This document shows, in pieces, positions 10,183 to 20,089 of a DNA stretch of 64,000 nt (positions are counted from its first letter, which is position 1; each line of letters opens with the position of its first letter). A program made the translations under genes and the position numbers. The notes beneath the pieces were generated by a model. That model was not told the DNA's origin. It ran no database searches and saw only the letters and a program-made list of their open reading frames with translations. Source of the stretch: Saprospiraceae bacterium (lineage in GTDB: Bacteria > Bacteroidota > Bacteroidia > Chitinophagales > Saprospiraceae); contig JADLHA010000015.1 in the NCBI GenBank assembly GCA_020848995.1, forward strand, positions 9,229 through 73,228. Reading direction: 5' to 3'.

Positions 10183-11505
10183 CTATCCCCGCAGAATCCA
10201 CTTCCCAATTTCTTTGATGCTCGCCTTTTTGCCGTACATCAGTATGCCAGTCCGGTAAATCCTGCCTGCCACCCATACCATAAAATAGCAAAAAGCAAAC
10301 AGCAGGATGACGGATACGACAATGCGCCACCAGGGCGGATCAAAGGCAAGCAATGCCGGCATGACCACGGGAGAAAAGAAGGGAAAGAACGAAGCGAAGA
10401 CGGCCAGTCCAGACTCCGGCAAGCGTATAGCCTGAAACATGACATAAATGGCGAGCAGTATAGGAATGGTGATGAATATGGTGAGTGATTGGGCGTCGTT
10501 GATGTCGTCGCCGGTAGCCGCACCGATGGCAGCAAACATGGATGCATAGAGCAGATAACCCCCAATGAAATAAATCACAAAAATGAAAGCGATTTTGATC
10601 CAATTCATCGATGCCACTTCCCGGATCATCACCAGCAGTTCCTCCTGGTCGACGGGCGATTGTTGTGCCATCGGTTGCGCGGCCTGTTGAACCTGCTGCA
10701 CGTCGATGCCGGCAATGGTCATCCCGAAAAAGTAGATCACCGGAATGAGCAGGAGCCAGATTAGCAACTGAGTGAGTCCAACCAGTCCGACGCCCAATAT
10801 TTTTCCCAACATGAGTTCGACGGGCCGGGCAGAAGAGATGATCACTTCCACGACGCGGTTCACCTTTTCATCTGCAACCGATCGCATCACCGATGCGCCG
10901 TACAGGAAGATGATAAAAAAGATGATATAGCCCATGGCGCCACCGATGGCCGTGGCGATCTTTCCGGCATAGGCAGAACGATCCTTTTCATTGGCAGAAA
11001 CTGGTTCCGGGTCTATGCTGATTCGCGTGTCAAGCTTATCGAGTCTTTCCTTTTCGAGGCCAAGTAACCCGATCTTGCGGTCGCGGATTTCCTGCTGAAG
11101 CAAACTTTCCAACCGGGATTCCAATTCGATGTCGACGGGCCTGTCCGAATAATAATAACTGGTGTAGTCTTGCACTTCGACTCCTGCAAAGCGGGGAAGC
11201 ACCCAAATGCCGCTGATCTCGTCACGAGCGTACCTTGCGCGGAGACTGTCCATGGATTCGGAACTCGGCGAAAATCGGAGTTTGCCCTGTTCTTCAGGAA
11301 GCCGTATGTCCATGCCACTTTCATCGACAACGGCAATGGAATAAATGGTTTCGCCCTGATAGTTGAAAATGATGCCGACCACGATAAAAAATACGAGAAA
11401 TCCCAGCGGTGTCAGCAGGGTGGTCAAAATAAACTTCCAGTTCTTAACCTTGATGAGGTACTCCCTCGCCACGATCAATCCAAGCTTATTCATCGTTGGA
11501 GGCAT
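10183..11505 (-). CDS. ABC-2 type transporter permease (NatB-like)
   Basis: 440 aa. An N-terminal TM helix is followed by a large periplasmic loop and a C-terminal multi-TM ABC-2 region. It overlaps the upstream ATPase gene by 20 nt. Confidence 0.8.
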   Translation of the reverse strand: MPPTMNKLGLIVAREYLIKVKNWKFILTTLLTPLGFLVFFIVVGIIFNYQGETIYSIAVVDESGMDIRLPEEQGKLRFSPSSESMDSLRARYARDEISGIWVLPRFAGVEVQDYTSYYYSDRPVDIELESRLESLLQQEIRDRKIGLLGLEKERLDKLDTRISIDPEPVSANEKDRSAYAGKIATAIGGAMGYIIFFIIFLYGASVMRSVADEKVNRVVEVIISSARPVELMLGKILGVGLVGLTQLLIWLLLIPVIYFFGMTIAGIDVQQVQQAAQPMAQQSPVDQEELLVMIREVASMNWIKIAFIFVIYFIGGYLLYASMFAAIGAATGDDINDAQSLTIFITIPILLAIYVMFQAIRLPESGLAVFASFFPFFSPVVMPALLAFDPPWWRIVVSVILLFAFCYFMVWVAGRIYRTGILMYGKKASIKEIGKWILRG

Positions 11506-12394
11506 TTACGGTTTTTATGAAAATGTCGCTGAAACCCGGTAGCAACTCCCGGAATGAACTGATCCCTGCTCCAGATTTCAACAAATACTCCAGCAACTGG
11601 TTGGTCGTTTGTCCATCGCGCAAACGAACGTTCGTATGCCTCGCTGTGACAGGAAGAAAATCAAATTCACCTTCCGGAGGTGGTGAAAAGTCAGTATCAA
11701 AGCGCAGCTCAAAAAGATGCTCCTTGTACCGGTTGCGCACATCCCCAACCTCCCCCTGCAAAACGACTTTTCCTCGGTTGATGAGCACGATGTAATCGCA
11801 CATCTCTTCAACCTGTTCCATCCGATGGGTTGAGAAAAGGATGCTGGCTCCTTCGGACTTGAGCTTCAGGATCTCTTCTTTGATCAGACTGGTATTGATC
11901 GGGTCCAGTCCGGAAAAAGGTTCATCGAGGATGATCAGCCGCGGTTGATGACAAACCGTCGCAATGAATTGCACTTTCTGCGACATGCCCTTGGAGAGCT
12001 CTTCTACCTTCTTGTTCCACCACGATTCGATCTCAAATTTCTTCATCCAGTAAACGACCCTCCGGTAGGCGTCTTCCTTATTCAGCCCCCGGAGTCGTGT
12101 CAGAAATACGAGCTGTTCGCCAACTTTCATTTTTTTATAAAGTCCTCGTTCCTCAGGCATATAGCCGATCGACGGATCGCGCAAACGGTAGATGTTCTCT
12201 CCGTTCAGTTCGATTTCTCCGGAATCGGCCTGGGTGATTCCGGTGATGATGCGGATAAGTGACGTCTTCCCCGCGCCGTTGGGTCCCAGCAGACCAATGA
12301 TGCAGGAGGGGGGCACGGAAAAACTCACCCCGTCGACGGCCTTGAGTTGACCGTATTCTTTAACGACATTCCGGAGATTGAGGACTGTTGACAT
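11486..12394 (-). CDS. ABC transporter ATP-binding protein (NatA-like)
   Basis: Starts at ATG 12394. It has Walker A GPNGAGKTS, the signature LSKGMSQKV and Walker B LIILDEPFSGLD. Confidence 0.9.
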   Translation of the reverse strand: MSTVLNLRNVVKEYGQLKAVDGVSFSVPPSCIIGLLGPNGAGKTSLIRIITGITQADSGEIELNGENIYRLRDPSIGYMPEERGLYKKMKVGEQLVFLTRLRGLNKEDAYRRVVYWMKKFEIESWWNKKVEELSKGMSQKVQFIATVCHQPRLIILDEPFSGLDPINTSLIKEEILKLKSEGASILFSTHRMEQVEEMCDYIVLINRGKVVLQGEVGDVRNRYKEHLFELRFDTDFSPPPEGEFDFLPVTARHTNVRLRDGQTTNQLLEYLLKSGAGISSFRELLPGFSDIFIKTVNASNDE

Positions 12395-12561
12395 AGATGT
12401 GCAATGCGATCGCAAAATAGCGAGATTTTGGTCTTTACATGGTCATGGGTCTGCCAATTTGGACCATTGGCTTCCAAATGTCGTCGAACGCCAATTTCCT
12501 TGCGATATAAATTCGATGTAAGCGGGAATGGGAATCCGCTTGCCTACGAGCGCCTCATGGC

Positions 12562-13401
12562 CTATTCCCTGGGATAAGAGATGGGGGGGCACCGCAACTT
12601 GCCAAAATAGCAAACGAGGTTCACGCCAAAATTCAAAAAGGCATCGCGTTCCCGGTGGTCGCCCCGCTGGCTGCCGGTGCGACCAATTGCAGGAAGGCCA
12701 TCGAGCTGAACAGACCGGTCGGCCAGTTCAACCGCCAGGTCGCCGCGGTTGGTCTGCAGTTCCAGGTAATCCGGGTAGTAGCCACTCACGTCATCCAGGT
12801 AATCGGTCGAGGTCAGGCGGTAACCGAGATCGAGGTTGAGGCTCCAGTTGCTGCTGATGTCGACTTTCAGTCCGCCACCGATGAGCCAGGCTCCCGCCAC
12901 TTCGTTGTACTCCTGGCCGGGAAGCTGTCCTTCGGTGCCCAGTTCGCGGAGCGACACCGATTCACCCAGGTAATGCGTCATCGGCTGGTAATAGAAGAAC
13001 GCGTAACCACCGTACATATAGGGCGTAATGAAGTCCTCGCGCGAGCCGTGGCGCAATGGAAAAAAGTTGAATTCGACGGCGGTAGCCAGCTCGAAAACAT
13101 TGGCAAAAAAACTCAGGTTCCTGCGCAGATCGAATGCATTGCGGGAACGGGCATCGTCTCCGGCAAGGCGGTGGTAATTCAACTGCATGCGAGCTGCAAC
13201 CCGGGAATCAAAGTTGTATCGCCCGGTGATCCCACCCGCCAAACCCGGTTGGTCAAAACGGTAAAGATTGTTGAGGTCGCCAAAATATTGGGAACTACCC
13301 ACCCAGGCTCCCAACTCGGGACCCCGCTGCGATAAGAGCTGCGGTAGGGAGATGAGGAGAAAACCGAGGATGACCACCAGCCGGTGCATGCGCAATTTCA
13401 T
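12562..13401 (-). CDS. Small outer-membrane beta-barrel protein (DUF6089-like)
   Basis: It has a signal peptide (MKLRMHRLVVILGFLLISLPQLLSQ), the ELGAWVGSSQYFGDLN motif and amphipathic strands throughout. Confidence 0.6.
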   Translation of the reverse strand: MKLRMHRLVVILGFLLISLPQLLSQRGPELGAWVGSSQYFGDLNNLYRFDQPGLAGGITGRYNFDSRVAARMQLNYHRLAGDDARSRNAFDLRRNLSFFANVFELATAVEFNFFPLRHGSREDFITPYMYGGYAFFYYQPMTHYLGESVSLRELGTEGQLPGQEYNEVAGAWLIGGGLKVDISSNWSLNLDLGYRLTSTDYLDDVSGYYPDYLELQTNRGDLAVELADRSVQLDGLPAIGRTGSQRGDHRERDAFLNFGVNLVCYFGKLRCPPISYPRE

Positions 13402-13469
13402 AGTACAATGAGGGAAAACGCAGGATCGGGAACGATATTATACGGCGAAGCGGTTTCTTTTAATAGAAA

Positions 13470-14486
13470 TCATTTCAATCCGACCGCGGCGGAGATCTCC
13501 AACATCCGGTCGATGCTCGCCCTCGCTTTGGCAATCACGTCTGAGGGGAGCATGATTTCCGGCTGCTCGTATTTCATGCAGAGATACAGCTTTTCCATCG
13601 TGTTGAGCTTCATGAACGGGCATTCGTTGCAGGCACAGGTGTTCTCCGGTGGTGCCGGGATGAATGCTTTGTCGGGACACTTCAATTGCATCTGGTGCAG
13701 GATCCCGCTCTCGGTGGCCACAATAAACTCAGCAGCAGGATCCCTCTGCACAAATTGAAGCAATCCACTCGTGGAGCCAATGAAATCGGCGATTTGTAAC
13801 ACGGGCTCTTCGCATTCCGGGTGAGCGATCAGTTTGGCATTCGGATACCGGACTTTCAGGGCCGTTATTTTCTCGATCGAGAATATTTCGTGTACGATGC
13901 AGGAACCATCCCACTTGACGAGCGCCCTGCCGGTCACCTTTTCGAGATAGGCCCCCAGGTTTTTATCCGGAGCGAAAACAATGCCCTTGTCAGGAGGAAT
14001 CGACCGGATGATGTGCGCAGCATTCGAAGAGGTGCAACAGATGTCTGTCATCGTCTTCAACGCCGCCGTACAATTTACGTAGCTGACCACGACGTGATCC
14101 GGGTATTTTTCCAAAAATTTCGCAAACACCGGTGCGGGACAGGAATCGGCGAGCGAACATCCCGCCTTGAGGTCAGGAACGACGACCTTCTTTTCAGGTG
14201 ACAGAATTTTTGCTGTTTCAGCCATAAAATGGACCCCCGCGAAAGCAATCATATCGGCCTTGGTTCTCGCCGCTTCCTGGGACAATTGCAAGCTGTCACC
14301 GACAAAATCGGCTACATCCTGAATTTCGGATTCCTGATAGTAGTGGGCCAGGACTACCGCGTTTTTCTGCCGTTTCAGGCGCTGAATTTCAGCCTCCAGG
14401 TCAAGGGTGGGATCAATGTCGATATCGAGATACCCCTTTTCGGCAAGCTGCGATAAGCCTGGAATGGCTTTAGATGATTGGGTCAT
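13470..14486 (-). CDS. nadA: Quinolinate synthase
   Basis: 338 aa with the typical NadA pattern ([27 protein letters not shown]). Its start overlaps the gpmI stop by 4 nt. Confidence 0.93.
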   Translation of the reverse strand: MTQSSKAIPGLSQLAEKGYLDIDIDPTLDLEAEIQRLKRQKNAVVLAHYYQESEIQDVADFVGDSLQLSQEAARTKADMIAFAGVHFMAETAKILSPEKKVVVPDLKAGCSLADSCPAPVFAKFLEKYPDHVVVSYVNCTAALKTMTDICCTSSNAAHIIRSIPPDKGIVFAPDKNLGAYLEKVTGRALVKWDGSCIVHEIFSIEKITALKVRYPNAKLIAHPECEEPVLQIADFIGSTSGLLQFVQRDPAAEFIVATESGILHQMQLKCPDKAFIPAPPENTCACNECPFMKLNTMEKLYLCMKYEQPEIMLPSDVIAKARASIDRMLEISAAVGLK

Positions 14487-16018
14487 AGAACTTCCGTTTT
14501 GATCAGTAATGAATTCCCGGTCATTTCCACCGGAGCGGGAAGACCCAGCAATTCGAGCAGGGTGGGTGCAATATCCGCCAGTTTACCGCTTCTGACGGAG
14601 TTCTGCGCCTTATCGGGCGTAAGCAGAATGCAGGGAACGGGGTTTTTGGTGTGGGCGGTGTTGGGCGATCCGTCTTCGTTGATCATGTAATCGGCATTGC
14701 CGTGGTCAGCCAGTACGATGATGGCAAAATCTTTGGCGAGTGCGGCTGAAGTGATTTGTTCAAGGCATTGGTCGACGGTCTCGACAGCTGCAACGGCTGC
14801 CGCGAAAACGCCCGTATGACCCACCATGTCGGCGTTGGCAAAATTGAGGCAAACGAAATCCGGACAATCGGTTTCCATTTCTTCCAGGAGGGTCCGGGTA
14901 ACTTCGCGGGCGCTCATCTCTGGCTGAAGGTCGTAAGTGGCCACTTTGGGTGAGGGGATGAGCCTGCGGCGCTCCCCGGAGTAGGGTTTCTCCCGCCCGC
15001 CCGAAAAAAAGAAACTCACGTGTGGGTATTTTTCTGTCTCGGCAATGCGCAACTGGCTGAGCCCATACCGCGATAGACATTCTCCGAGGGTATTGCTGAG
15101 GTGCTGGCTGTCAAAAAGCACCTGGACATTGCGGAATTTTTCATCGTATCGCGTCATGGTCGCGTAAAAGAGCGGAAGTGCCCTGAGGTCTTCGGGTTTG
15201 GTAAACCCCTCTTGCGACAAGGCTTCTGTCAACTGCCGGAGTCGGTCGGTGCGAAAATTGAAACAGAGCAGACCATCTCCTGGGCGCACAAGTCCCTCTT
15301 CAGGATCTCCGATTTTACAGGCATCGATAAACTCGTCTGTAACGCCGCGGCCGTAGCTGTCCTGAATGGCGGCAGAGGCCGTTTTGAAGCGGTGCCCTGT
15401 TCCATGAAGGAGAAGGGAATAGGCAGCTCGGATGCGCTCCCACCGCTTGTCGCGGTCCATCGCGTAATAGCGTCCGATTAGGCTCGCAATGAGGGCAGTT
15501 CTCCCTACCAGAAATTTTTCCAGGGTTTCCAAATATGCTTTGCCGCTGTGAGGATCTGTGTCGCGGCCATCGGTGATGGCGTGTATGAAAATTTTGCGTA
15601 CCCCCAGCTGTTGAAGGCTTTCGACGAGCTGGAAGAGGTGTTCCAGCTGGCTGTGTACTCCCCCGTCGGAGACCAACCCCACGAGATGACAGGGGCGGTC
15701 CTTGTCAATGCAATGTGCCGCCAACGCCGCCAATCCGGGATTGTGGACCAGCTCACCCCTGGCAATCGCCCGGTCGATGAGGCTGAGATCCTGATGTACA
15801 ATGCGGCCCGCTCCGAGGTTGAGGTGCCCGACTTCTGAATTTCCCATTTGACCCGGGGGCAATCCAACCGCTTCGCCATGGGTGGTCAGCGTACTGGAGG
15901 GGTATTCCCTAAGCAGGCGGTCAAAATGGGGCGTATTGGCCTTGTGGATGGCATCTGCATCGGGGTATTGACCGATGCCCCAACCGTCGAGAACGATTAA
16001 CATAGCCCTGGAATACAT
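14483..16018 (-). CDS. gpmI: 2,3-bisphosphoglycerate-independent phosphoglycerate mutase
   Basis: 511 aa with [23 protein letters not shown] and ADHGNAD motifs. Confidence 0.95.
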   Translation of the reverse strand: MYSRAMLIVLDGWGIGQYPDADAIHKANTPHFDRLLREYPSSTLTTHGEAVGLPPGQMGNSEVGHLNLGAGRIVHQDLSLIDRAIARGELVHNPGLAALAAHCIDKDRPCHLVGLVSDGGVHSQLEHLFQLVESLQQLGVRKIFIHAITDGRDTDPHSGKAYLETLEKFLVGRTALIASLIGRYYAMDRDKRWERIRAAYSLLLHGTGHRFKTASAAIQDSYGRGVTDEFIDACKIGDPEEGLVRPGDGLLCFNFRTDRLRQLTEALSQEGFTKPEDLRALPLFYATMTRYDEKFRNVQVLFDSQHLSNTLGECLSRYGLSQLRIAETEKYPHVSFFFSGGREKPYSGERRRLIPSPKVATYDLQPEMSAREVTRTLLEEMETDCPDFVCLNFANADMVGHTGVFAAAVAAVETVDQCLEQITSAALAKDFAIIVLADHGNADYMINEDGSPNTAHTKNPVPCILLTPDKAQNSVRSGKLADIAPTLLELLGLPAPVEMTGNSLLIKTEVL

Positions 16019-16182
16019 GGTATGCTGAAAACAATCTTTTCGGGCGCAAAGTTGCCTTATTTTCTAAATCTGCCGGCCAAAAGAAATAAGCCTGTTCATC
16101 CGGGTCGAATTGCCACATTTAACATAACTTTAAGCCCACTATGAAACGCTTCGGTGCAAATGCCCGTATTCAATTTAAAGAC

Positions 16183-16566
16183 ATGCGCACATTCTTTGTT
16201 TTGTTGAGCATCCTGCTCCCAGTTTGTTCTGGGGCTCAAGCATTTCAGCCCTTTTTTGATCTGATGCGCAAGTCCGATCTGAAGGGGCTCGAAACCATGA
16301 TGGATCCAAAAATCCAATACTGCTTCAACGAACAGTTGGAAGTAGCCGATAAAGCCGTTGCGCTCAAAGCCCTGCGCGCATTTCTCGACCGGAATGCGCC
16401 CAAATCCCTTCAACCCGTTCACAAGGGCAATGCCAAAGGCGACGAGGCGGGCTTTGCCATCGCCACGATGGAAGCCCAGAATGGCAGGCGATTCAGGATC
16501 TATTTGTACGGGGAACCCATAGGCGGAAACATGCGCATCAAGGAATTGCGAATCGACCCCCTTTAG
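16183..16566 (+). CDS. Secreted DUF4783-like protein
   Basis: ATG 16183 gives the signal peptide MRTFFVLLSILLPVCSGAQA. The family assignment is from memory of small Bacteroidota proteins. Confidence 0.5.
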   Translation: MRTFFVLLSILLPVCSGAQAFQPFFDLMRKSDLKGLETMMDPKIQYCFNEQLEVADKAVALKALRAFLDRNAPKSLQPVHKGNAKGDEAGFAIATMEAQNGRRFRIYLYGEPIGGNMRIKELRIDPL

Positions 16567-16725
16567 CAGGGTTCGGCCGTACCGGTGATCACCTGAGATT
16601 GAACGATCTGCCCTTTTTCCCGCAACCATTTTTCAAGGTTCTTGTTTGGTACCGAAGTGGTGTGCAGGCCGCTATGATCGACAGCATCCTGACCAACACC
16701 TAATTCTAAAACCAAATCGCAGTAT

Positions 16726-17148
16726 ATGCAAATTACCAGAACCTCCTCCGCAGAATGGAAAGGGAGTGGAAAGACCGGAAACGGCACGTTGACGACACCA
16801 AGCGGTGCGCTGCGGGATACAGCTTATTCCTATCCGACGCGCTTTGAGGACAAACCGGGAACCAATCCCGAAGAACTCATAGGGGCTGCCCACGCCGGAT
16901 GTTTCTCGATGAAACTTGCTTTCGTTCTTCAGGCTGCAGGCATTGAAGCAGAACGCATTCACACCGAGGCAACGGTCGTATTGGAAAACGGAAGCATTCC
17001 ATCGATCCATTTGCGAACCCGCGTTTGGGCTTCTGGCCTCACGGCTTCCAAACTCGCTGAACTGGCCACGGACGCAAAAACAAACTGCCCCGTTTCAAAA
17101 CTCTTCAACGCCTCCATTTCGCTGGAGGCCACCTTAGAAATAGACTAA
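16726..17148 (+). CDS. osmC: OsmC-family peroxiredoxin
   Basis: 140 aa with two conserved Cys contexts, AHAGCFSMKL and TNCPVSK. Confidence 0.85.
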   Translation: MQITRTSSAEWKGSGKTGNGTLTTPSGALRDTAYSYPTRFEDKPGTNPEELIGAAHAGCFSMKLAFVLQAAGIEAERIHTEATVVLENGSIPSIHLRTRVWASGLTASKLAELATDAKTNCPVSKLFNASISLEATLEID

Positions 17149-17194
17149 ACCCAAAGTACCTTATTCACAACACGCATTCTGCCGGGAAAAAAAT

Positions 17195-17857
17195 ATGGAA
17201 ACCAAACCATTGGCCATCATACTGGGTGCTGGACCTGGAATCAGCCAGGGCGTGGCACGCAGATTTGGAAAAGAGGGATTTCACTTGGTCCTCGCTGCAC
17301 GCAGGCCGGATCAGCTCGAAGCGCTGTGTTCAGAACTTCGCGACCAGGGCATTCACTGCGAAAGTCGGGTTGTTGACCTCGTCGATGCAAATGCGGTAAA
17401 TCGCCTATTGGACAGTTATAATCGGGAGGGCAGGATTCCCGAGCTGGTTTTGTTCAATGCCTCGGCCATGCATGTCAGCGACGTGCTGGAAGAAGACTGG
17501 GAAGTGATCCGTGACTGTTTCGAAGTCTGCGTTGCCGGAGCTTTCCACGTTGCGCGGCGGTTGATGCCTGCCATGCTCTCGGCTAATCGCGGTAAGTTGT
17601 TTTTCACCGGAGGGGGAACAGCACTCCGTGGTGAGCCCATGATGGCATCGCTGAGCATCGGAAAAGCGGGTATGCGAAACCTGGTGCAGGCGCTGGTGCG
17701 CAGGGCGGAAGGCAGCAACGTTCACATTGCTCAGGTGACCGTACGCGGGAGAGTGCATCCTGAAGATCCGAAATTCAACCCCGACGCGATCGCAGAAGCC
17801 TACTGGGGGCTCTACCGTCAAGATCCCGGTGAGTATACCCACGAATTAATGTACTGA
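17195..17857 (+). CDS. Short-chain dehydrogenase/reductase family protein (atypical)
   Basis: It has the Rossmann motif ILGAGPGISQGVARRF. The catalytic region reads SIGKAG rather than the classic YxxxK. Confidence 0.75.
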   Translation: METKPLAIILGAGPGISQGVARRFGKEGFHLVLAARRPDQLEALCSELRDQGIHCESRVVDLVDANAVNRLLDSYNREGRIPELVLFNASAMHVSDVLEEDWEVIRDCFEVCVAGAFHVARRLMPAMLSANRGKLFFTGGGTALRGEPMMASLSIGKAGMRNLVQALVRRAEGSNVHIAQVTVRGRVHPEDPKFNPDAIAEAYWGLYRQDPGEYTHELMY

Positions 17858-17929
17858 ATTACTGATCCTTTGCCCGACTCCCCTGCTCAATCAGGATATT
17901 GCCAATGCACCAATCCGGTGCAATTATAT

Positions 17930-17989
17930 AACTAACGTACGTTAGTTAGTAATAACAAACGTTAGTTAATATTAACTTACGTTAGTTAA
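17930..17989. repeat. Iteron-like array: an 18-bp perfect palindrome plus three ACGTTAGTTA direct repeats at exact 20-bp spacing
   Basis: AACTAACGTACGTTAGTT lies at 17930-17947. ACGTTAGTTA lies at 17939-17948, 17959-17968 and 17979-17988, with AT-rich 10-bp spacers. The array sits between convergent gene ends. Confidence 0.75.
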
Positions 17990-18030
17990 ATTCATTTTTG
18001 CAAATACTTCATCTGGCGTGGTTCATCCCC

Positions 18031-20076
18031 CTACTTGACGCGGATCACTTCGCTGAATTCACTTTGCCATCCATCATCATTGATCACTTTGATGCGGTAA
18101 CGCATAGAATCTGCTAGCGTGTTGTACCTCTCGCGATACTCCGTTTTAGCCTTCAGCACTTTGTGGGTAATAAACGACTGGCCCTTTATCGAACGATAAA
18201 GCACGAAGGTCTGCTGCTGCTTGTTTGGATAGTTCCAATAAAGTGACACTTGCTTCCTGCTGGTATCTACTTCGACGACAACTTTGGAAACGGCTTTCAG
18301 GGTTTTATCGAGATAAGCCCTCATGGCCAGAACCGAGAGCCTGCCGGAACGTAGACCCGCATCGTCTTCAGCCTCCATGGTGTATTCATAGGTCTCCCCG
18401 GGTTTCAGGTCCTTATCCAGGTATTGGCCCGCAGGCAAGGTAGAAGGACAATCAAATACCGGTACAAAGGACTGCTCACCCCGCTTCCTGCGCAGCAGGA
18501 AGTTACGCCTGACATCGTGCGAAGAACTGTTATTCCATCTTATCAAATTGCCATTCTTGTCAGATACGGAGCTGGTAAAAACGGGAGCGCTCGGCGGCAC
18601 CAGATCCGGCTTTCTCAGGTGGAGCACCTTTGAATACTGCGAATAATTTGACCGGTGGTCAATCGCCACAAGTTTATAGTAAATGTCTTCGGTCAGCACA
18701 TTGAGCGGCAGGGTGTCGGTCCAAAAGGTATCCCGCAATGGCTCGCCTGTCCGGTTGATGTATGTTTGTTTGGGGTGATTGCTGGAATGAACGTAATACC
18801 CTTTTAGGTCGGGTTCGGGGCCGAGTTTCCACGACAGGGTCACCACGCCGTTGGTGTCGACAGACCCTGTAACGCCTTCGGGTGCCGAGGGTGGAATGCT
18901 GTCGATGATCGTGCCGTAATTGGGGAAGGTTACGTTGACGTTGTTTTCTGCGTCAAATACTCCTATCCAATAGTAATTGTTGATCATTTCATTGCAGGTC
19001 GAATCAATGTAACTCCTCGCTTGCTTGGGCAGAGGCCCACGGGTAATTTCGACAAATTCCTTTTGCTTTTCGTTCGATTTTGAAATGCGGAACCCCTCGA
19101 TATCCTGCTGAGCTACCCGCCAGCTGATCTTCATCAATCCATTGCCTAGGTACTCAAAACGCACATCGGTGGGAGGATCCGGAGGCGTGCGGTCGCGACC
19201 CTGAGCATGAATCACGTCCGAAATTGGGCCCCGGGTTCCAAAGGAAGTAAGTCCTTCGATCCGGTAAGCTGCAGGCTGGTAGTTTTCGGTCAGCGAGTCC
19301 CGGTAAATGAAGTAGTCGCTTTTTTTATATCCGGTGAAAGCAACCGGAGCACCATTTAACTTTTCCCACTTCTGATTCTTCTCATTCAGACGGTACACGT
19401 TGAACGCACTGTAAAACTGTTTGTAAATGTCGCGCTTCCACAATAGTTCTACTTTGCGCTCACCTTCGTTCACTGTGTCGACTAAGACCTTGGGATAGTC
19501 AGTGGGCTCAGCGGTCAAAGCAAAAACAGCTCCTGAAACCTTTTCGGTACGTGGGCTTACCCTGTACAAATAATGCTCGCCGGCAATGGCACTAGCATCT
19601 TCAAAACGCAGCGCAGAAAAAATTGCAGCGTCTCGACTGTACTCTGCTGCCAGTACACAGGCGGCGTAAAGGTTACTGAGTTCGGCACTTTTATCCTGCA
19701 AAGACTTTATGGAAAACTCTTTGGGCGTGAGTTTTCCGTGAATGGCCTGCCCAGCTACCATCAGAAAGGTATCCTTCGGGTTGGATTTCACCTTGCGCCG
19801 CCAGCTTTCCAGGGATTGCGGCCGAAGGCTGTCTGCAAGCGTTGTCCATTGGATCCCTTGTTCGGTTCCCTGCCGGAACACCGCGCGCTCAACCTTGTAG
19901 CCGTAGTAATTGCAAAGCCGCCAGGAACCCGGTGAGGAGTGCGCCCAGCGCAAAACCACCCCGTGCCCTTCGAGATAACTTCCCGAAAGTTGGATCGAAA
20001 AACGAACCGTATCCTCCTGGGCCTGGGCAGCTTGGACAATTGCCAGAATCATCATCAGGACTCTAAGTGCTTGCAT
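18031..20076 (-). CDS. Secreted multi-fibronectin-type-III domain protein
   Basis: It has a signal peptide (MQALRVLMMILAIVQAAQAQ). At least three FN3-like modules are introduced by Pro-rich linkers (TPPDPPTDVRFEY, IPPSAPEGVTGSV, VPPSAPVFTSSV). It is the last gene of the cluster. Confidence 0.75.
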   Translation of the reverse strand: MQALRVLMMILAIVQAAQAQEDTVRFSIQLSGSYLEGHGVVLRWAHSSPGSWRLCNYYGYKVERAVFRQGTEQGIQWTTLADSLRPQSLESWRRKVKSNPKDTFLMVAGQAIHGKLTPKEFSIKSLQDKSAELSNLYAACVLAAEYSRDAAIFSALRFEDASAIAGEHYLYRVSPRTEKVSGAVFALTAEPTDYPKVLVDTVNEGERKVELLWKRDIYKQFYSAFNVYRLNEKNQKWEKLNGAPVAFTGYKKSDYFIYRDSLTENYQPAAYRIEGLTSFGTRGPISDVIHAQGRDRTPPDPPTDVRFEYLGNGLMKISWRVAQQDIEGFRISKSNEKQKEFVEITRGPLPKQARSYIDSTCNEMINNYYWIGVFDAENNVNVTFPNYGTIIDSIPPSAPEGVTGSVDTNGVVTLSWKLGPEPDLKGYYVHSSNHPKQTYINRTGEPLRDTFWTDTLPLNVLTEDIYYKLVAIDHRSNYSQYSKVLHLRKPDLVPPSAPVFTSSVSDKNGNLIRWNNSSSHDVRRNFLLRRKRGEQSFVPVFDCPSTLPAGQYLDKDLKPGETYEYTMEAEDDAGLRSGRLSVLAMRAYLDKTLKAVSKVVVEVDTSRKQVSLYWNYPNKQQQTFVLYRSIKGQSFITHKVLKAKTEYRERYNTLADSMRYRIKVINDDGWQSEFSEVIRVK

Positions 20077-20089
20077 CGGGCATTGCAGT

